Shown piece after piece: positions 49,894 through 60,089 of a DNA stretch of 64,000 bases (positions are counted from its first letter, which is position 1; each line of letters begins with the position of its first letter). This stretch comes from an uncultured Candidatus Rokubacteria bacterium. GTDB lineage: Bacteria > Methylomirabilota > Methylomirabilia > Rokubacteriales > CSP1-6. The translations under genes were made by a program, and so were the position numbers. Where the stretch lies: NCBI GenBank assembly GCA_963789955.1, contig CAWBMV010000035.1, positions 13,366 to 77,365 of the forward strand, given 5' to 3'. The notes beneath the pieces are model-generated. The model had not been told where the DNA came from and did not search any database. It saw only the letters and a program-made list of their open reading frames with translations.

Positions 49894-51709
49894 GCTAACG
49901 TCGTCCGATCGCGTGCTCGTACTCGACGGCTCGAGCCGCGCCGCGGTCGAGGCCGTGCAATCGCTCGGCAAGCGGGGCCTCGAGGTCCACGTAGCCGCGC
50001 GCTCGAACTGCCCGGCGTTTCACTCGCGCTGGGCGGCGAGCACGCTCGTCCAGCCGTCCACGTCGGACACGCAGCGGTTCACCGACTGGCTGCGCGCCTT
50101 GCCGGACGAGTACGCGCTCATCATTCCGGCCACGGGCTACAGCCTTCATCATCTCGCCGGCCTGCCGAACTCGGATCCGCTGCGTGAGCGCGCCGTCTTG
50201 CCCCCGCCGGACGCATTGCACATTGCCCTCGACAAGGCGCGAACGATCGACACGGCGGTCAGGCTGGGCATCAGTGCTCCCTCGTCCTCGCTCGTGACGA
50301 GCCTGGATGAGGCGGGCAAGCACCAGCCGCCGTGCGTGCTCAAGCCGACCCGCAGCGTGATCGAGAACGACGACGATCTGGGCGAGGTCTTTCCGGAGCT
50401 GGTCCACGACGCGGCGCACAGAAGGGAAGCGCTCGGGCGCCTGCTACACCGAGGTCCGGTGCTCGAGCAGGAGCTCGTGCCGGGCATCGGGATCGGCGTG
50501 GAATGCTTGTACGCGGACGGAACCCTGATCTGGCACTTCGCGCACGAGCGGCTCCACGAGGGCACCGGCGGCGGGCTCGGCAGCGGGAGCTTCTATCGCA
50601 AGTCGATCGTCGCGCCGCCGCCGCTGCTCCAGGCCGCCACGACGTTGCTCGACGCCTTGCGCTGGCACGGCGTCGCGATGGTCGAATTCAAGTACGACCC
50701 CTCTACCGGCCGATTCTGGCTGATGGAAATCAATCCCCGTCTGTGGGGGTCGGTCGCGCTCGCGATCGACGCGGGTGTGGATTTCCCCTACGGCATGTAC
50801 TGCCTCGCGACCGATGCCAACCCCGGTCCCCAGCCGAAGTACAAGCAGCCGTACTACACGCGGCTCGTCCCGCCGGATCTCGACTGGATCGGCCGACAGA
50901 TCAGACGATCGGGGATCTCGCGGTCGGTCGAGCTCCTATCGTTCCTGAGAGTGCTGATCGGACGGGAGAGCTGGGATCACTTCGCCTGGACCGATCCCCG
51001 GCCCCTGGTGACGAGCGGCCTCGCGTTCCTCCGTGAAAAGCGCGCCGCGCTGGACCATCGCCGCCGCGCCTGGGCCGACTCGCAGGCCGCCCTGCGACAG
51101 CACGTCGCTAACGTGCCGCGGCTCGGCGCGCACGGGGCCTCGACCAAGGTGCTGTTCGTCTGCACGGGCAATATCTGTCGAAGCCCGCTGGCCGCCACCT
51201 TGTGGGAGGCGCAGTATCCGACGATGAAGGTCGCGTCCGCCGGGTTCGTCTCGCGGGAGGGTCGGCAGTCGCCGGACAACGTGCTGGCCGTCGCCGCGGC
51301 GAGGGGGATCAGCCTCGTCGACCATCGCTCGCGCACCCTCGACGAGGCGATGCTTCGAGAAAGTGACCTGGTCGTGCTCTTCGAGCCCCGACAGTTCGTC
51401 GAGCTGCGAGCCGCGTTCCCGCAATACCTCGACAAGGTCGTGATGCTCGGCGCGCTCCTGAGCGCACGAACGGCGTTCATCGACGATCCGTATCAGCGCT
51501 CGATCGCCGAGACCGAACAGATCGCGGCGCAAGTGGAATTGGCCCTCGGCGAGCTCGCGAAGCTCCTCGGCCTACCGCCTCGAAGTGAGGTCGATGAACC
51601 GATGCACCCGCCGGCAGCGTCTTGCCCGACTGTTCGAGCCGCCACTCGGGCTAGCCTTCTCAGGCCGTCGCTCCCGGACTCAGCGCTTCCGCCCGCCCCA
51701 GGGCACTGA
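49886..51709 (+). CDS. ATP-grasp (carboxylate-amine ligase) domain fused to low-molecular-weight protein tyrosine phosphatase
   Basis: DK..T, VLKP, QELVPG, WHGVAMVEFK, EINPRLWGS; C-terminal VCTGNICRS P-loop and DDPY. Confidence 0.85.
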   Translation: MTELTSSDRVLVLDGSSRAAVEAVQSLGKRGLEVHVAARSNCPAFHSRWAASTLVQPSTSDTQRFTDWLRALPDEYALIIPATGYSLHHLAGLPNSDPLRERAVLPPPDALHIALDKARTIDTAVRLGISAPSSSLVTSLDEAGKHQPPCVLKPTRSVIENDDDLGEVFPELVHDAAHRREALGRLLHRGPVLEQELVPGIGIGVECLYADGTLIWHFAHERLHEGTGGGLGSGSFYRKSIVAPPPLLQAATTLLDALRWHGVAMVEFKYDPSTGRFWLMEINPRLWGSVALAIDAGVDFPYGMYCLATDANPGPQPKYKQPYYTRLVPPDLDWIGRQIRRSGISRSVELLSFLRVLIGRESWDHFAWTDPRPLVTSGLAFLREKRAALDHRRRAWADSQAALRQHVANVPRLGAHGASTKVLFVCTGNICRSPLAATLWEAQYPTMKVASAGFVSREGRQSPDNVLAVAAARGISLVDHRSRTLDEAMLRESDLVVLFEPRQFVELRAAFPQYLDKVVMLGALLSARTAFIDDPYQRSIAETEQIAAQVELALGELAKLLGLPPRSEVDEPMHPPAASCPTVRAATRASLLRPSLPDSALPPAPGH

Positions 51710-51760
51710 CGACCGCTATCATTCCGGCACCAGAACCTCGTGACGGCGACGGAGAATGTG

Positions 51761-53116
51761 ATGGGCAAACAGATCGAAGAGCTGGCCAGCTTCGCCGCGG
51801 CGACACCGTGGGATGCAATTCCGGGCGCTGTTCGAGAGCACGCCAAGCTCGTGCTGCTGGACACCCTCGGCGTGATTCTGGCCGGCTCCGTGCAGCCCGA
51901 GGTCGCCGGCGTGCGGGCGCGGCTGACCGCGACCGGCGGTCGGGGCGCCACGGTCTACGCACCGGGATGGCCGACGACGGATCCGCGTACGGCGGCTCTG
52001 CTCAACGGACTGGCAGGGCGCTCGATCGAGCTCTGCGAGGGACATCGCTACGTCTCCTGTCAGGGCGCCGTGCAGGTCTTGCCGACGGCGCTCTCCTGCG
52101 CCGAGTGGCTCGAGCGATCCGGACGCGAGGCGCTCGCCGCGTTGATCTTCGGCTACGAAGTCGCCGCGCGGCTCGGGGCCGGACTGACGGCACGGCCCCT
52201 CGCGCACCAGAACGGCCAGGCGCCGCTGCTCGGCGCGGTGGCCGCAGGGGCGCGGTTGCGCGGATTGAGCGGCGAGCAGATGAGCCTCGCGCTTCGGATC
52301 GGCGCGATCCTCGCCCTCACGCCCGGCTACACGAACGCCGTCGCGGGCGCGACCGCCCTCAACGTGGCCGGCGGAATGAGCGGCTTCGCCGGAGCGCTGG
52401 CGCCGGAGCTGGCGATGGCCGGGGTCGCCGCGCAGCCGAACGCGATCGAAGAATCCTTCGGGCAGCTGGTCGGAGACGGATTCCAGGCTGCCGCCGTGAC
52501 CGAAGAGCTGGGCAGTCGCTGGGAGATCGCCCGCAACTATTTCAGATTGCGCGCCTGCTGCAACCCGATCTACGCGGCGCTGGACGCGCTCGAGGACATC
52601 CTCGACGATCTTCGGCCCGAGCCTGCCAGCATCGAGCGCATCGACGTGGCAACCTATCGCTTCGCCGCGAACATGCGCGAGCCGAACCCGATCAACTATT
52701 TCGCGGCGAAGTATTCCCTGCCCCACGCGGCCGCCGCGCTGGTCCTGCGCGGCAACGCCGGCTATCACGCGTTCACGGAGGACGTCGTTCGCGACCCGGC
52801 GATCGCGGCCTTCCGCCGGCGGGTCGCCGTGCGCGAGGACCCCGAGCTCAGCGCCGCCGTGCCGCGACTCAAGCCGGCGCGAGTGACCGTGACCTTCACC
52901 GACGGCCGCCAGGTCACGCGGCTCCGCGAGAGCGCGCGCGGCGACTATCAGGATCCATATCGTGACGACGAGATCCGTTCGAAGTTCCGCGAGCTGGCCG
53001 GCGTGGTGCTGAGCCCCGCCGGCGTGGCGCAGGTGGAGGAGCTCGTCGATCGACTCGACCAGCTTCCGCGGCTGGGAACGCTCGTCGAAACGCTACGCGC
53101 TGATCGCGCGCTCTAG
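51761..53116 (+). CDS. MmgE/PrpD family protein
   Basis: LLDTLGVILAG, AALLNG, GYEV, AKYSLP, RG, KFREL. Confidence 0.85.
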   Translation: MGKQIEELASFAAATPWDAIPGAVREHAKLVLLDTLGVILAGSVQPEVAGVRARLTATGGRGATVYAPGWPTTDPRTAALLNGLAGRSIELCEGHRYVSCQGAVQVLPTALSCAEWLERSGREALAALIFGYEVAARLGAGLTARPLAHQNGQAPLLGAVAAGARLRGLSGEQMSLALRIGAILALTPGYTNAVAGATALNVAGGMSGFAGALAPELAMAGVAAQPNAIEESFGQLVGDGFQAAAVTEELGSRWEIARNYFRLRACCNPIYAALDALEDILDDLRPEPASIERIDVATYRFAANMREPNPINYFAAKYSLPHAAAALVLRGNAGYHAFTEDVVRDPAIAAFRRRVAVREDPELSAAVPRLKPARVTVTFTDGRQVTRLRESARGDYQDPYRDDEIRSKFRELAGVVLSPAGVAQVEELVDRLDQLPRLGTLVETLRADRAL

Positions 53117-55565
53117 AGAGGCCCAAAGGCGGGCGGCGGCACGCGGCGTTTCGAGGCCGCTTCGTACGCCGACGCGATCTTCAGGAGGACGTCTTCGCGG
53201 CCGGGCTCGGCCCGGAACACCAGCGAGAAGGGTAAGCCCGGCTCGGGAATCGCCGTCGGCGTGTCCGAGGGCACGGGCACGTACCGCATGCCGTCCGGGC
53301 TGAGCGTGAAGACCGGATCGTAGACGGTCGTGACATAGCCCGCCGGCACCAGCACCTCCGTCAATCCCGCGTTCGGTCCGTAGAACGTCTCCAGCCGAAG
53401 ATTGCCCGGCAGGCCCGGTTGATAGGCGCCACCGATTCTTCCCGGCGGAAACGGCGTGTGCAGACGGACCAGCGCGTCCAGGCGGTTCTCGATCAGGACC
53501 ATCATGTCCACCCGGCGCAGCAGCTCGCGGAGCATGATTCGCTCGTCGACACCTTGACGCCGGCCGAGGGGATTGCGCGGGTCCGTCACTTCTTCCCAGT
53601 TCTTGAACGCGGCGCGCCCGTCGTCGCCCCAGAACTTGGATCGCGCGTTGAGCGCGGCAAAGTCGACGAGCGTCTCGGTGAATCCCCGCGCCTGCCAGTC
53701 GGCGGCCCGCCGGCTCAGGTACTGCGGGACGTGGAATCTGAACGCCATCGCGAGCTCTTGCTCCTGGATCGTCGCGATGTCGAAGTTCCTCGGCGGCTCG
53801 ATGCGTCCTTCCGCCAGCGCGACGCAATAGTCGATCGGCTGCATCGTGCCCGTGCCGAAGGTCTTCCCCGGTGCGAACTCGGTCGGCACGATCGCCGCCG
53901 CGAATTCCTTGAACAGCGGCCGCCCGTCTCGCCCGAGCCTGAACAGCAGATCGGGCATGATGATGGGCACGAGCTGAGCGAGCGCGCGCCTGAAATCCGT
54001 CGTCATGGCCTCGACGTCGGGATCGCGCGTCCACAGGGGATCGGACGACTCGACGAGCGTCGCGCCCAGGCGGCCGCCGAGCATCGCCTTGATCTCCCGG
54101 GCGGCAGCGGTGACGATCGGCTCCTCGGTCTTCGACCCGGGCGCAGTACACCATCGATTCTCGAACGATGCCGATGCGCATCCCCGCGAGCGCGCCCGGC
54201 GTGCCGGCCGTCCGCGCATGACTCGCGTACGACGTGCTCAGCACCGACGAGCGCGGGACCGTCGTGTAGGGATCCCGCGGGTCGTAGTAGCCGTGGACGG
54301 GATCCTTCAGCGCGTCCAGCACCTTCGCGCAATCGGCGAGCGTGCGGCAGAGGATGCCGCTGCGATCGCAGTAGATGTCGGCGCCGATCGCGCCACCGTT
54401 GAACCCGAGCATCGACTTGTGCGGAAGAATCAGCGCCACCGCGTTGTGATTGGCCGGGCCGCGACACGATGCGCGGGTCTCCTCGCCGAGGCTGGCCATC
54501 ACGAGATTGGTACTGACCGACACGCCCGACCCCGAGCTCGAGCCCAGCGAGGCCGCGCGCGTCGTGTCATACGGATTTGCCGGATTGCCGCCCCACGTGC
54601 TGCGCTGGTAGCCCAGGGTCGACGGCAGCACGTTGTCGGGCGTGTGGCGGCCGCCCGGATTGCCGGCGCGCCCGTTGTATTCGGTATTGACCGCCTTGGC
54701 GAAGATGATCGCGCCCTTGTTGCGGAGCTGCTCGACCAGCACGTGATCGCGCGCCGGGAAATCGATGTCGTAGCGCGCGTCGCCGCCGGCCGTGGTGCGC
54801 ATGTCCTTCGTGTCGAACGGATCCTTGAACGAGAACACGACGCCGTACATCGGCATCGCCTCGAGATCGGGATTGCGTCCATACGCGGCGTCGAGCTCGG
54901 CGGCGCGCTCGAGCGCGTCGGGCAGCCGGCGGAACATCTCGCACACCGGCGGCGCGCCCGGCGGCAGTGGCCCCGCCGACGGATGCCGGTCGAAATCTCC
55001 CCGGCAGGTCACGGATCGCTCACCGCGAATGTTGAGCGTCGCCGAGCGCATTCACCTGTCCGGCATTCGGCTTGCCGACGACCATTCCGTATTGCTGCGG
55101 TACGGACGGGTCGGACGCCGTCGCCTCCATGCGCCCGAATTCGAGTGCCGGCCCCCGGTACTTGTGGAGATCGGGCAGCACCACCGACGCCTTGACGGTT
55201 TCCGTGGGAAAGCGCAACGGCGCCAACGCCCGCACCGCGCCGTTCATCGCCGGTATCGGGTTGCCGTCCTCGGTCACGAGCAGGCTGGCGACTCCGTTGT
55301 AGGCGCGCACGCGATCGATGTACTGCTGGACGACCGCGAGACACGTCGTCCGCCCAGACTTGATCGCCGTGTGCAGCTCGTCGATCGTCGCCTCGTCGAC
55401 ACGAAACGGCTTGTCCTGGGCGTCGGGCGCTGGTGTCACGACGTCGCCTCCCCTGCTCCGCGTTCTTGCTCCGCCTTCTGCGCGCGTTCGCTCAGGGCGG
55501 CCCACGGCGAAGAATAGTGTAGCCGCGAGTCTGAAGCCAGCGGGCCGTCCCGACTTCTCAGCCAA
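53113..55565 (-). CDS. Large amidase-signature family protein (frameshifts near 55045 and 54145; start uncertain)
   Basis: EATIDELH, AAELD, SFKDPFDT, GAIIFAK, NPYD, GSSSGSG, ETRASCRGPA, LP, YEAASKRRVPP. Confidence 0.8.
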
Positions 55566-55618
55566 TCCTCATGTTCCTCTCACACTCGCCTGCCACGCTC
55601 TGTAAAGGAGGGACCGCC

Positions 55619-55981
55619 ATGAAGAAGGTCGTCGCAACACTCGTGACGTCGCTGGCGATGGTCGGCGTCGGCTTGCCGACTCCGGGCTGGTCACAGGACT
55701 CGGCGGTCGATAGCACCGCCAAGCCTCGGAAAGCGGTGGCGACTCCGCGTCGCATGGCCGCCGAGGTGCTGGCCGTGAATCGGGGAGCCGACGCCCTGAC
55801 CGTGAGATCGACCGCCAACGGCAAGGAGACGGACGTCATTTTCTCGGTCCAGGAGTCGGTGTCGCCCGTGCTCGACACGCTCGAGCCCGGGGATCGAGTG
55901 CTGGTCACCTACGTACGCGTCAACGACCAGCTTCAAGCGCAGCGGATCGTGAAGGCGCCGGAGGCGGCGCCACGGCAGTAG
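55619..55981 (+). CDS. Small exported OB-fold-like protein
   Basis: AGGAGG RBS, signal peptide, EVLAVN..LTV, LEPGDRVLVTY..A.RI. Confidence 0.65.
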   Translation: MKKVVATLVTSLAMVGVGLPTPGWSQDSAVDSTAKPRKAVATPRRMAAEVLAVNRGADALTVRSTANGKETDVIFSVQESVSPVLDTLEPGDRVLVTYVRVNDQLQAQRIVKAPEAAPRQ

Positions 55982-56009
55982 GTGCGAAGCAATAGCAGGA
56001 GGGTTCGTG

Positions 56010-56499
56010 ATGGAAAGAAGAATCGGAACGGGTCTCGTGGCCGGCCTGATCGCCGGTATCGTGTTCACGCTTGTCGCCCTATTCCTCAAGACGACCGGGC
56101 CGGACGGCGGGCAGACGTCCATGCTGATCGTCGCCGCCGAGGAGCTCCATTCCCACGGCTGGGTGGCCGGCTGGATCGCCAGCCTCATCTACACCATCGT
56201 CATCGGTGGCATCTTCGGCTGGCTGGTCAGTGCCGAGGCGCCGAACGAGCCGCGGTTGATGGTGTGGGGCGGATTGTATGGTCTGGTCTGGTGGATCCTC
56301 AGCGGGCTCTTCGTCGTGCCGGCGCTGCTCGGCGAAGGTGCCCTTGTCCTCCGCGGCGCTCGACACGATGAAGCCCGTCGCGCTGGCGTCCCTGATCGAG
56401 CACGTGCTGTACGGCGTGATTCTCGGATTCGTCTTCGCGCTGCTCACGACGTACGTCGACCGGCGTCATGCGCCCCATGCCGCCCACCATGCCGCTTGA
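56010..56499 (+). CDS. Small 4-TM membrane protein with His-rich tail (frameshift near 56335)
   Basis: GLVAGLIAG, GLYGLVWW, SLIEHVLYGVILG, C-terminal RRHAPHAAHHAA. Confidence 0.65.
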
Positions 56500-56574
56500 T
56501 CCTGGATCGGAATTCGGCAGTCCGGCTGAGGCCGACCGCAGATCCGTGGTCGGCCTCGCCAAGGAGGACGTACG

Positions 56575-56836
56575 TGGCTGTTGCTCGAGCAAGCGGCGGC
56601 TGAAGATCCCGGCATCACCGCCGGATCGCCGGAACACTGCCGACGCGAGATTCGAGGTGGTAGCCACCAGCAACGCGACACCAGTGCCAGACGTGATGCT
56701 CGACGGCAGGTCGTACGATCTCATCGTGATGGACACGGATCTGCCCGGAGCTCAGGGGTTCGCGGTGCCCGAGGCAACCGGGTCATCGCCCTCACCGGCC
56801 GCGAATCCCGGCTCCTCGAGTACCTGATGCGCAATC
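56575..56836 (+). pseudogene. Remnant of an OmpR/PhoB-type response regulator
   Basis: YDLIVMDTDLPGAQG (receiver fragment) directly joined to RGNRVIALTGRESRLLEYLMRN (winged-helix fragment) in another frame. Confidence 0.55.
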
Positions 56837-56923
56837 TCTCTGTCATCGCTCTCCCCTCCTCTCCGTGTACCGGGACCACGTTCAAGAGCGATGGGAGGCG
56901 CATGAGCGCCCCGCCGGCCGGGA

Positions 56924-58330
56924 TCAGGCAGTCGTTTCGAGCACTCGGCGGGCCGCCGTCAGCTCGGGCGCGCCCGGAGCAAGTCCAGCCTCCCCGGCCC
57001 TCAGGACGAGCTGGCGGCAGGCCTGGCGGTGCAGCGCGGCGTTGCCGTTGCGCTCGTAGGCCCAGGCGAGCGCGGCGAGCGACTGCACGTGGTTGGGATT
57101 GGCGAGCAGGCGCTGATGCGCCAGCTCGATCACACGCTCGACGTGACCGAGACGACGGTGCAGCTCCATGAACGCGTCGCGAAAGATGTCCTTCTGCTCG
57201 CGACTGCCTCCGCCCATGGAGTGCAGATCGTCGATCGCCGGCGCCATGAGCCGCACCGCGGATTCGAGATCACCCTTGACGATCGCCATCTCGCCTTCGA
57301 GGAGCGCGACGCCCCGGGTGGACCAGTGGCCGCTCGCGCGCCCCGCCGGCATCCGGCGTAGCCGCTCGAGCTGCTGCTCGGCTCTCGTCCAGTCTCCGGC
57401 GCGCGCGAATGCAACGCCCAGCCAGTGGTGCATCCATGTGGTCTGCCAGTCCGCGTACTCGGCGAGCACCCGTTCGCCTTGCTTCGAGAGGTCACGCCAG
57501 ATCGCGGAGTCTACCGGCGTACCGCGCAGCAGCTCGAGACGCCAGAGCAGCTCGATCCGCTCGTAGATCGGTAGCGGCGGTGCGGTGGACGCCCAGTAGT
57601 CGCGCGTCATCCGATCGTGACCGAGGAGCGCCTGCGCCTCGGCCAGGTGCCAGAGCAGATGCGGATAGCGCTCGAGCGACGCCGCACGCTCGAACGTCTC
57701 GAGCGCGTGCGGATAGTCGCCGCGGGCCTGATAGGCGTGACCGACCGCGTGGTACGTGTAGAGGCTGGTCGGATCCTGGGCCAGCGAGCGCAGGCTCATC
57801 GCGAGCCCCTCGTCGTTGTACCCGGACTGTTCCAGGAAGAAGCCGAGCATCGTCTGGTACTGCGGCTCCTCGGGGCTCGCCTCGAGACTTCGCCGCGCGA
57901 TGTCGATGCCGCCGCGATAGTTGCCCTGCGTGATGCAGTTCAGCCCGATGATGCGCACGGCGATTCGATCGGTCGGATACTGCGCGGCGATCTGTCCCAG
58001 GACGTCATAGGTCGCGGCGTGGTCCCCGCGCCCCATCGAATCGACCGCCCGTACGTGCAGTCGCTCGCGCTCGTGTCGTGCGTCATCGGCCACCGCCGTC
58101 GCCTGACGCGCCGCCGCGGTCGCCAGGTCCGCGCGACCCATGCGCCAGGCGATGTAGGCCTTCGTGCAGTGCGCCAGCGCGAAGCGCGGATCGCTCTGTG
58201 CCGCGGCATCCAGCGCTTCCACGGCTCCCCCGCGCCAGCGCAGGAACAGGTCGAGCCCGCGCTCGTACGCGGCCAGCGCATCGGACGACGTCGTGGACAC
58301 GCCGAGTCCCTTGATGTCGGTGGCCGTCAT
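56924..58330 (-). CDS. TTC38-like tetratricopeptide repeat protein
   Basis: D..GL.VST, DPRFALAH, ERERLH, YHAVGH, HLLWHL, LLWRL, GGSREQ. Confidence 0.75.
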   Translation of the reverse strand: MTATDIKGLGVSTTSSDALAAYERGLDLFLRWRGGAVEALDAAAQSDPRFALAHCTKAYIAWRMGRADLATAAARQATAVADDARHERERLHVRAVDSMGRGDHAATYDVLGQIAAQYPTDRIAVRIIGLNCITQGNYRGGIDIARRSLEASPEEPQYQTMLGFFLEQSGYNDEGLAMSLRSLAQDPTSLYTYHAVGHAYQARGDYPHALETFERAASLERYPHLLWHLAEAQALLGHDRMTRDYWASTAPPLPIYERIELLWRLELLRGTPVDSAIWRDLSKQGERVLAEYADWQTTWMHHWLGVAFARAGDWTRAEQQLERLRRMPAGRASGHWSTRGVALLEGEMAIVKGDLESAVRLMAPAIDDLHSMGGGSREQKDIFRDAFMELHRRLGHVERVIELAHQRLLANPNHVQSLAALAWAYERNGNAALHRQACRQLVLRAGEAGLAPGAPELTAARRVLETTA

Positions 58331-58343
58331 GCTTCCCTCCGGG

Positions 58344-59219
58344 TCAGTCCGTCTCGATCGGCAACGATGGATCCCTCGCCCACTCTCCCATGGAACCATC
58401 GTAGAGCGTGAGCGAGTCGTGGCCGAGCTGGTGCAGCAGGAAGAGATCGATCGTGGCCGAGATCCCGCCGCCGCAGTAGCAGATCACGCGCTTGTCCTTG
58501 CTGACGCCCTGGGCCGCGAACTTGGCTTCGGCGTCGGACAGCGTCGTGAAGTCTTTCTGCGCGGCGTTCACGAGATTCGCCGCCGGTACGTTGACGCTGC
58601 CTGGGACCCGGCCGGGCCGTCCGTACCGGCTGGGCTCCAGTCCCTTGTGGAATTGCGGGCCGAGCGCGTTGACGATCACGGTGGAGCGCTCCTTGGTTGC
58701 CGCCAGCACCGCGCGCTTGTCGACGAAGAAGCCCGGGCGCGGCGCGGCCTTGAAGGCCGCCGGCGGATAGCCGCGAGCCGGACCGCTCTCGGTCGGTCGG
58801 CCTTCGGCTTTCCATTTGTCGAAGCCGCCATCCAGCACGGCCGCACGGTCGAAGCCAAGCGACCGGAGCATCCACCAGAAGCGCGTCGCCCACATCATCG
58901 TCCCGATGCTGTAGAGCACGACCCGGTTGTCCCCGGCGAGCCCGTGACGGCCGAACGCCGCCTCGAGCTGCGCGGTCGCCGGCATCATGAAACGAAGCCG
59001 GGTGGTTGCATCGGAGAACTCGCCCTGCAGGTCGAGGAAGTCGGCGCCGGAGATGTGCGCCTCCTCGAACGTCCGGCGCCCGGCCACCACGACGTAGGGA
59101 TCGTCGTTGCCGGGCGGCGGTGGCTCGAGATAGGTCGTGCAGTCGTAGATGCGCAGGCTCGGCTGCCCAAGGATCTTCGAGAGCTGCTCGGTGCTCATGA
59201 GGGCCTGCGGATCACGCAT
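58344..59219 (-). CDS. Tandem-domain rhodanese/sulfurtransferase (SseA-like)
   Basis: HISGA, ATRFWW, LDGG..KW, GRVPGS, YCGGGISA, YDGSMGEW. Confidence 0.9.
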   Translation of the reverse strand: MRDPQALMSTEQLSKILGQPSLRIYDCTTYLEPPPPGNDDPYVVVAGRRTFEEAHISGADFLDLQGEFSDATTRLRFMMPATAQLEAAFGRHGLAGDNRVVLYSIGTMMWATRFWWMLRSLGFDRAAVLDGGFDKWKAEGRPTESGPARGYPPAAFKAAPRPGFFVDKRAVLAATKERSTVIVNALGPQFHKGLEPSRYGRPGRVPGSVNVPAANLVNAAQKDFTTLSDAEAKFAAQGVSKDKRVICYCGGGISATIDLFLLHQLGHDSLTLYDGSMGEWARDPSLPIETD

Positions 59220-59236
59220 GTCTTCCTCCAGGGTGT

Positions 59237-60076
59237 CTAGTCGCGAGGATGCCACGTGACGATTCCGAGAGGCACCGGCTCCCACGATAGCGCCCAGCGC
59301 CCGTCTCGGCTCGTGATCGCGTCGCGCGCCAGCGCGGCGAGGCGCTGCCCCTTCTCGGTATCGGGCGTGATGAAGAGCTGTTGATAGAGCCAGCGCAGCG
59401 GTCCCTCGCGCTCGGCGTGCGTCAGCGGATCGCGCGCGCACAGGCGCAGCTCGAAGAGGCGCCGGCGGGCCAGCAGCAACACGAGGAACTCGCTGAGGCC
59501 GGGCAGGGCGATGCGCGCCTCCCCGTGGACGGGGGGCCAGAACGGCTCGGCCAGATAGGGAGGCGAAGGCGACACGAGCACGGCCACGCAGAGCCGCCGC
59601 GCCGAGGCCTCGACCGCATCGAGAAAGGGGCCGATCTCCTCGATGTCGTAGCCGAGGTGCGACATGAGCGCGACGTCGGCCGTCGGAGCGCCGGGCATCG
59701 GAAATCGGGACGGAACGAGCTCGATGTTCGAGATCCCGTGCTCGACCATGCCGGCCTGCAGCACGTTCCGCATTCCCTCCGACGGCTCGACGGCGATGAC
59801 GCTCTTGGCCAGGAGCGCCAGGGGCAGCGCGTAACGCCCGCCGCCGGCGCCGACGTCGATCCACGTCTCACCCGGCTGCGCCAGCGAGCGCAACACGTCG
59901 AGCGCCGGCTCGTTCGTGCGGCGGGGATTCGCGCGGAAGTCGGGGGCCACGGCCGCGTAGAAGTCGCGCGGCGGCGTGCCTTCGCGCAGGCGCTCGGCCT
60001 GCTCGCGATTGGCGCTCACACGCCGGCGCCAGGCCTCGAGCGCGTCGGCTGCCTCGGGACGAAGCACGTCGGACAT
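59237..60076 (-). CDS. Class I SAM-dependent methyltransferase
   Basis: IDVGAGGGRY, AVEPSEGM, DVALMSH. Confidence 0.85.
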   Translation of the reverse strand: MSDVLRPEAADALEAWRRRVSANREQAERLREGTPPRDFYAAVAPDFRANPRRTNEPALDVLRSLAQPGETWIDVGAGGGRYALPLALLAKSVIAVEPSEGMRNVLQAGMVEHGISNIELVPSRFPMPGAPTADVALMSHLGYDIEEIGPFLDAVEASARRLCVAVLVSPSPPYLAEPFWPPVHGEARIALPGLSEFLVLLLARRRLFELRLCARDPLTHAEREGPLRWLYQQLFITPDTEKGQRLAALARDAITSRDGRWALSWEPVPLGIVTWHPRD

Positions 60077-60089
60077 CTGGCGAAGGTCT

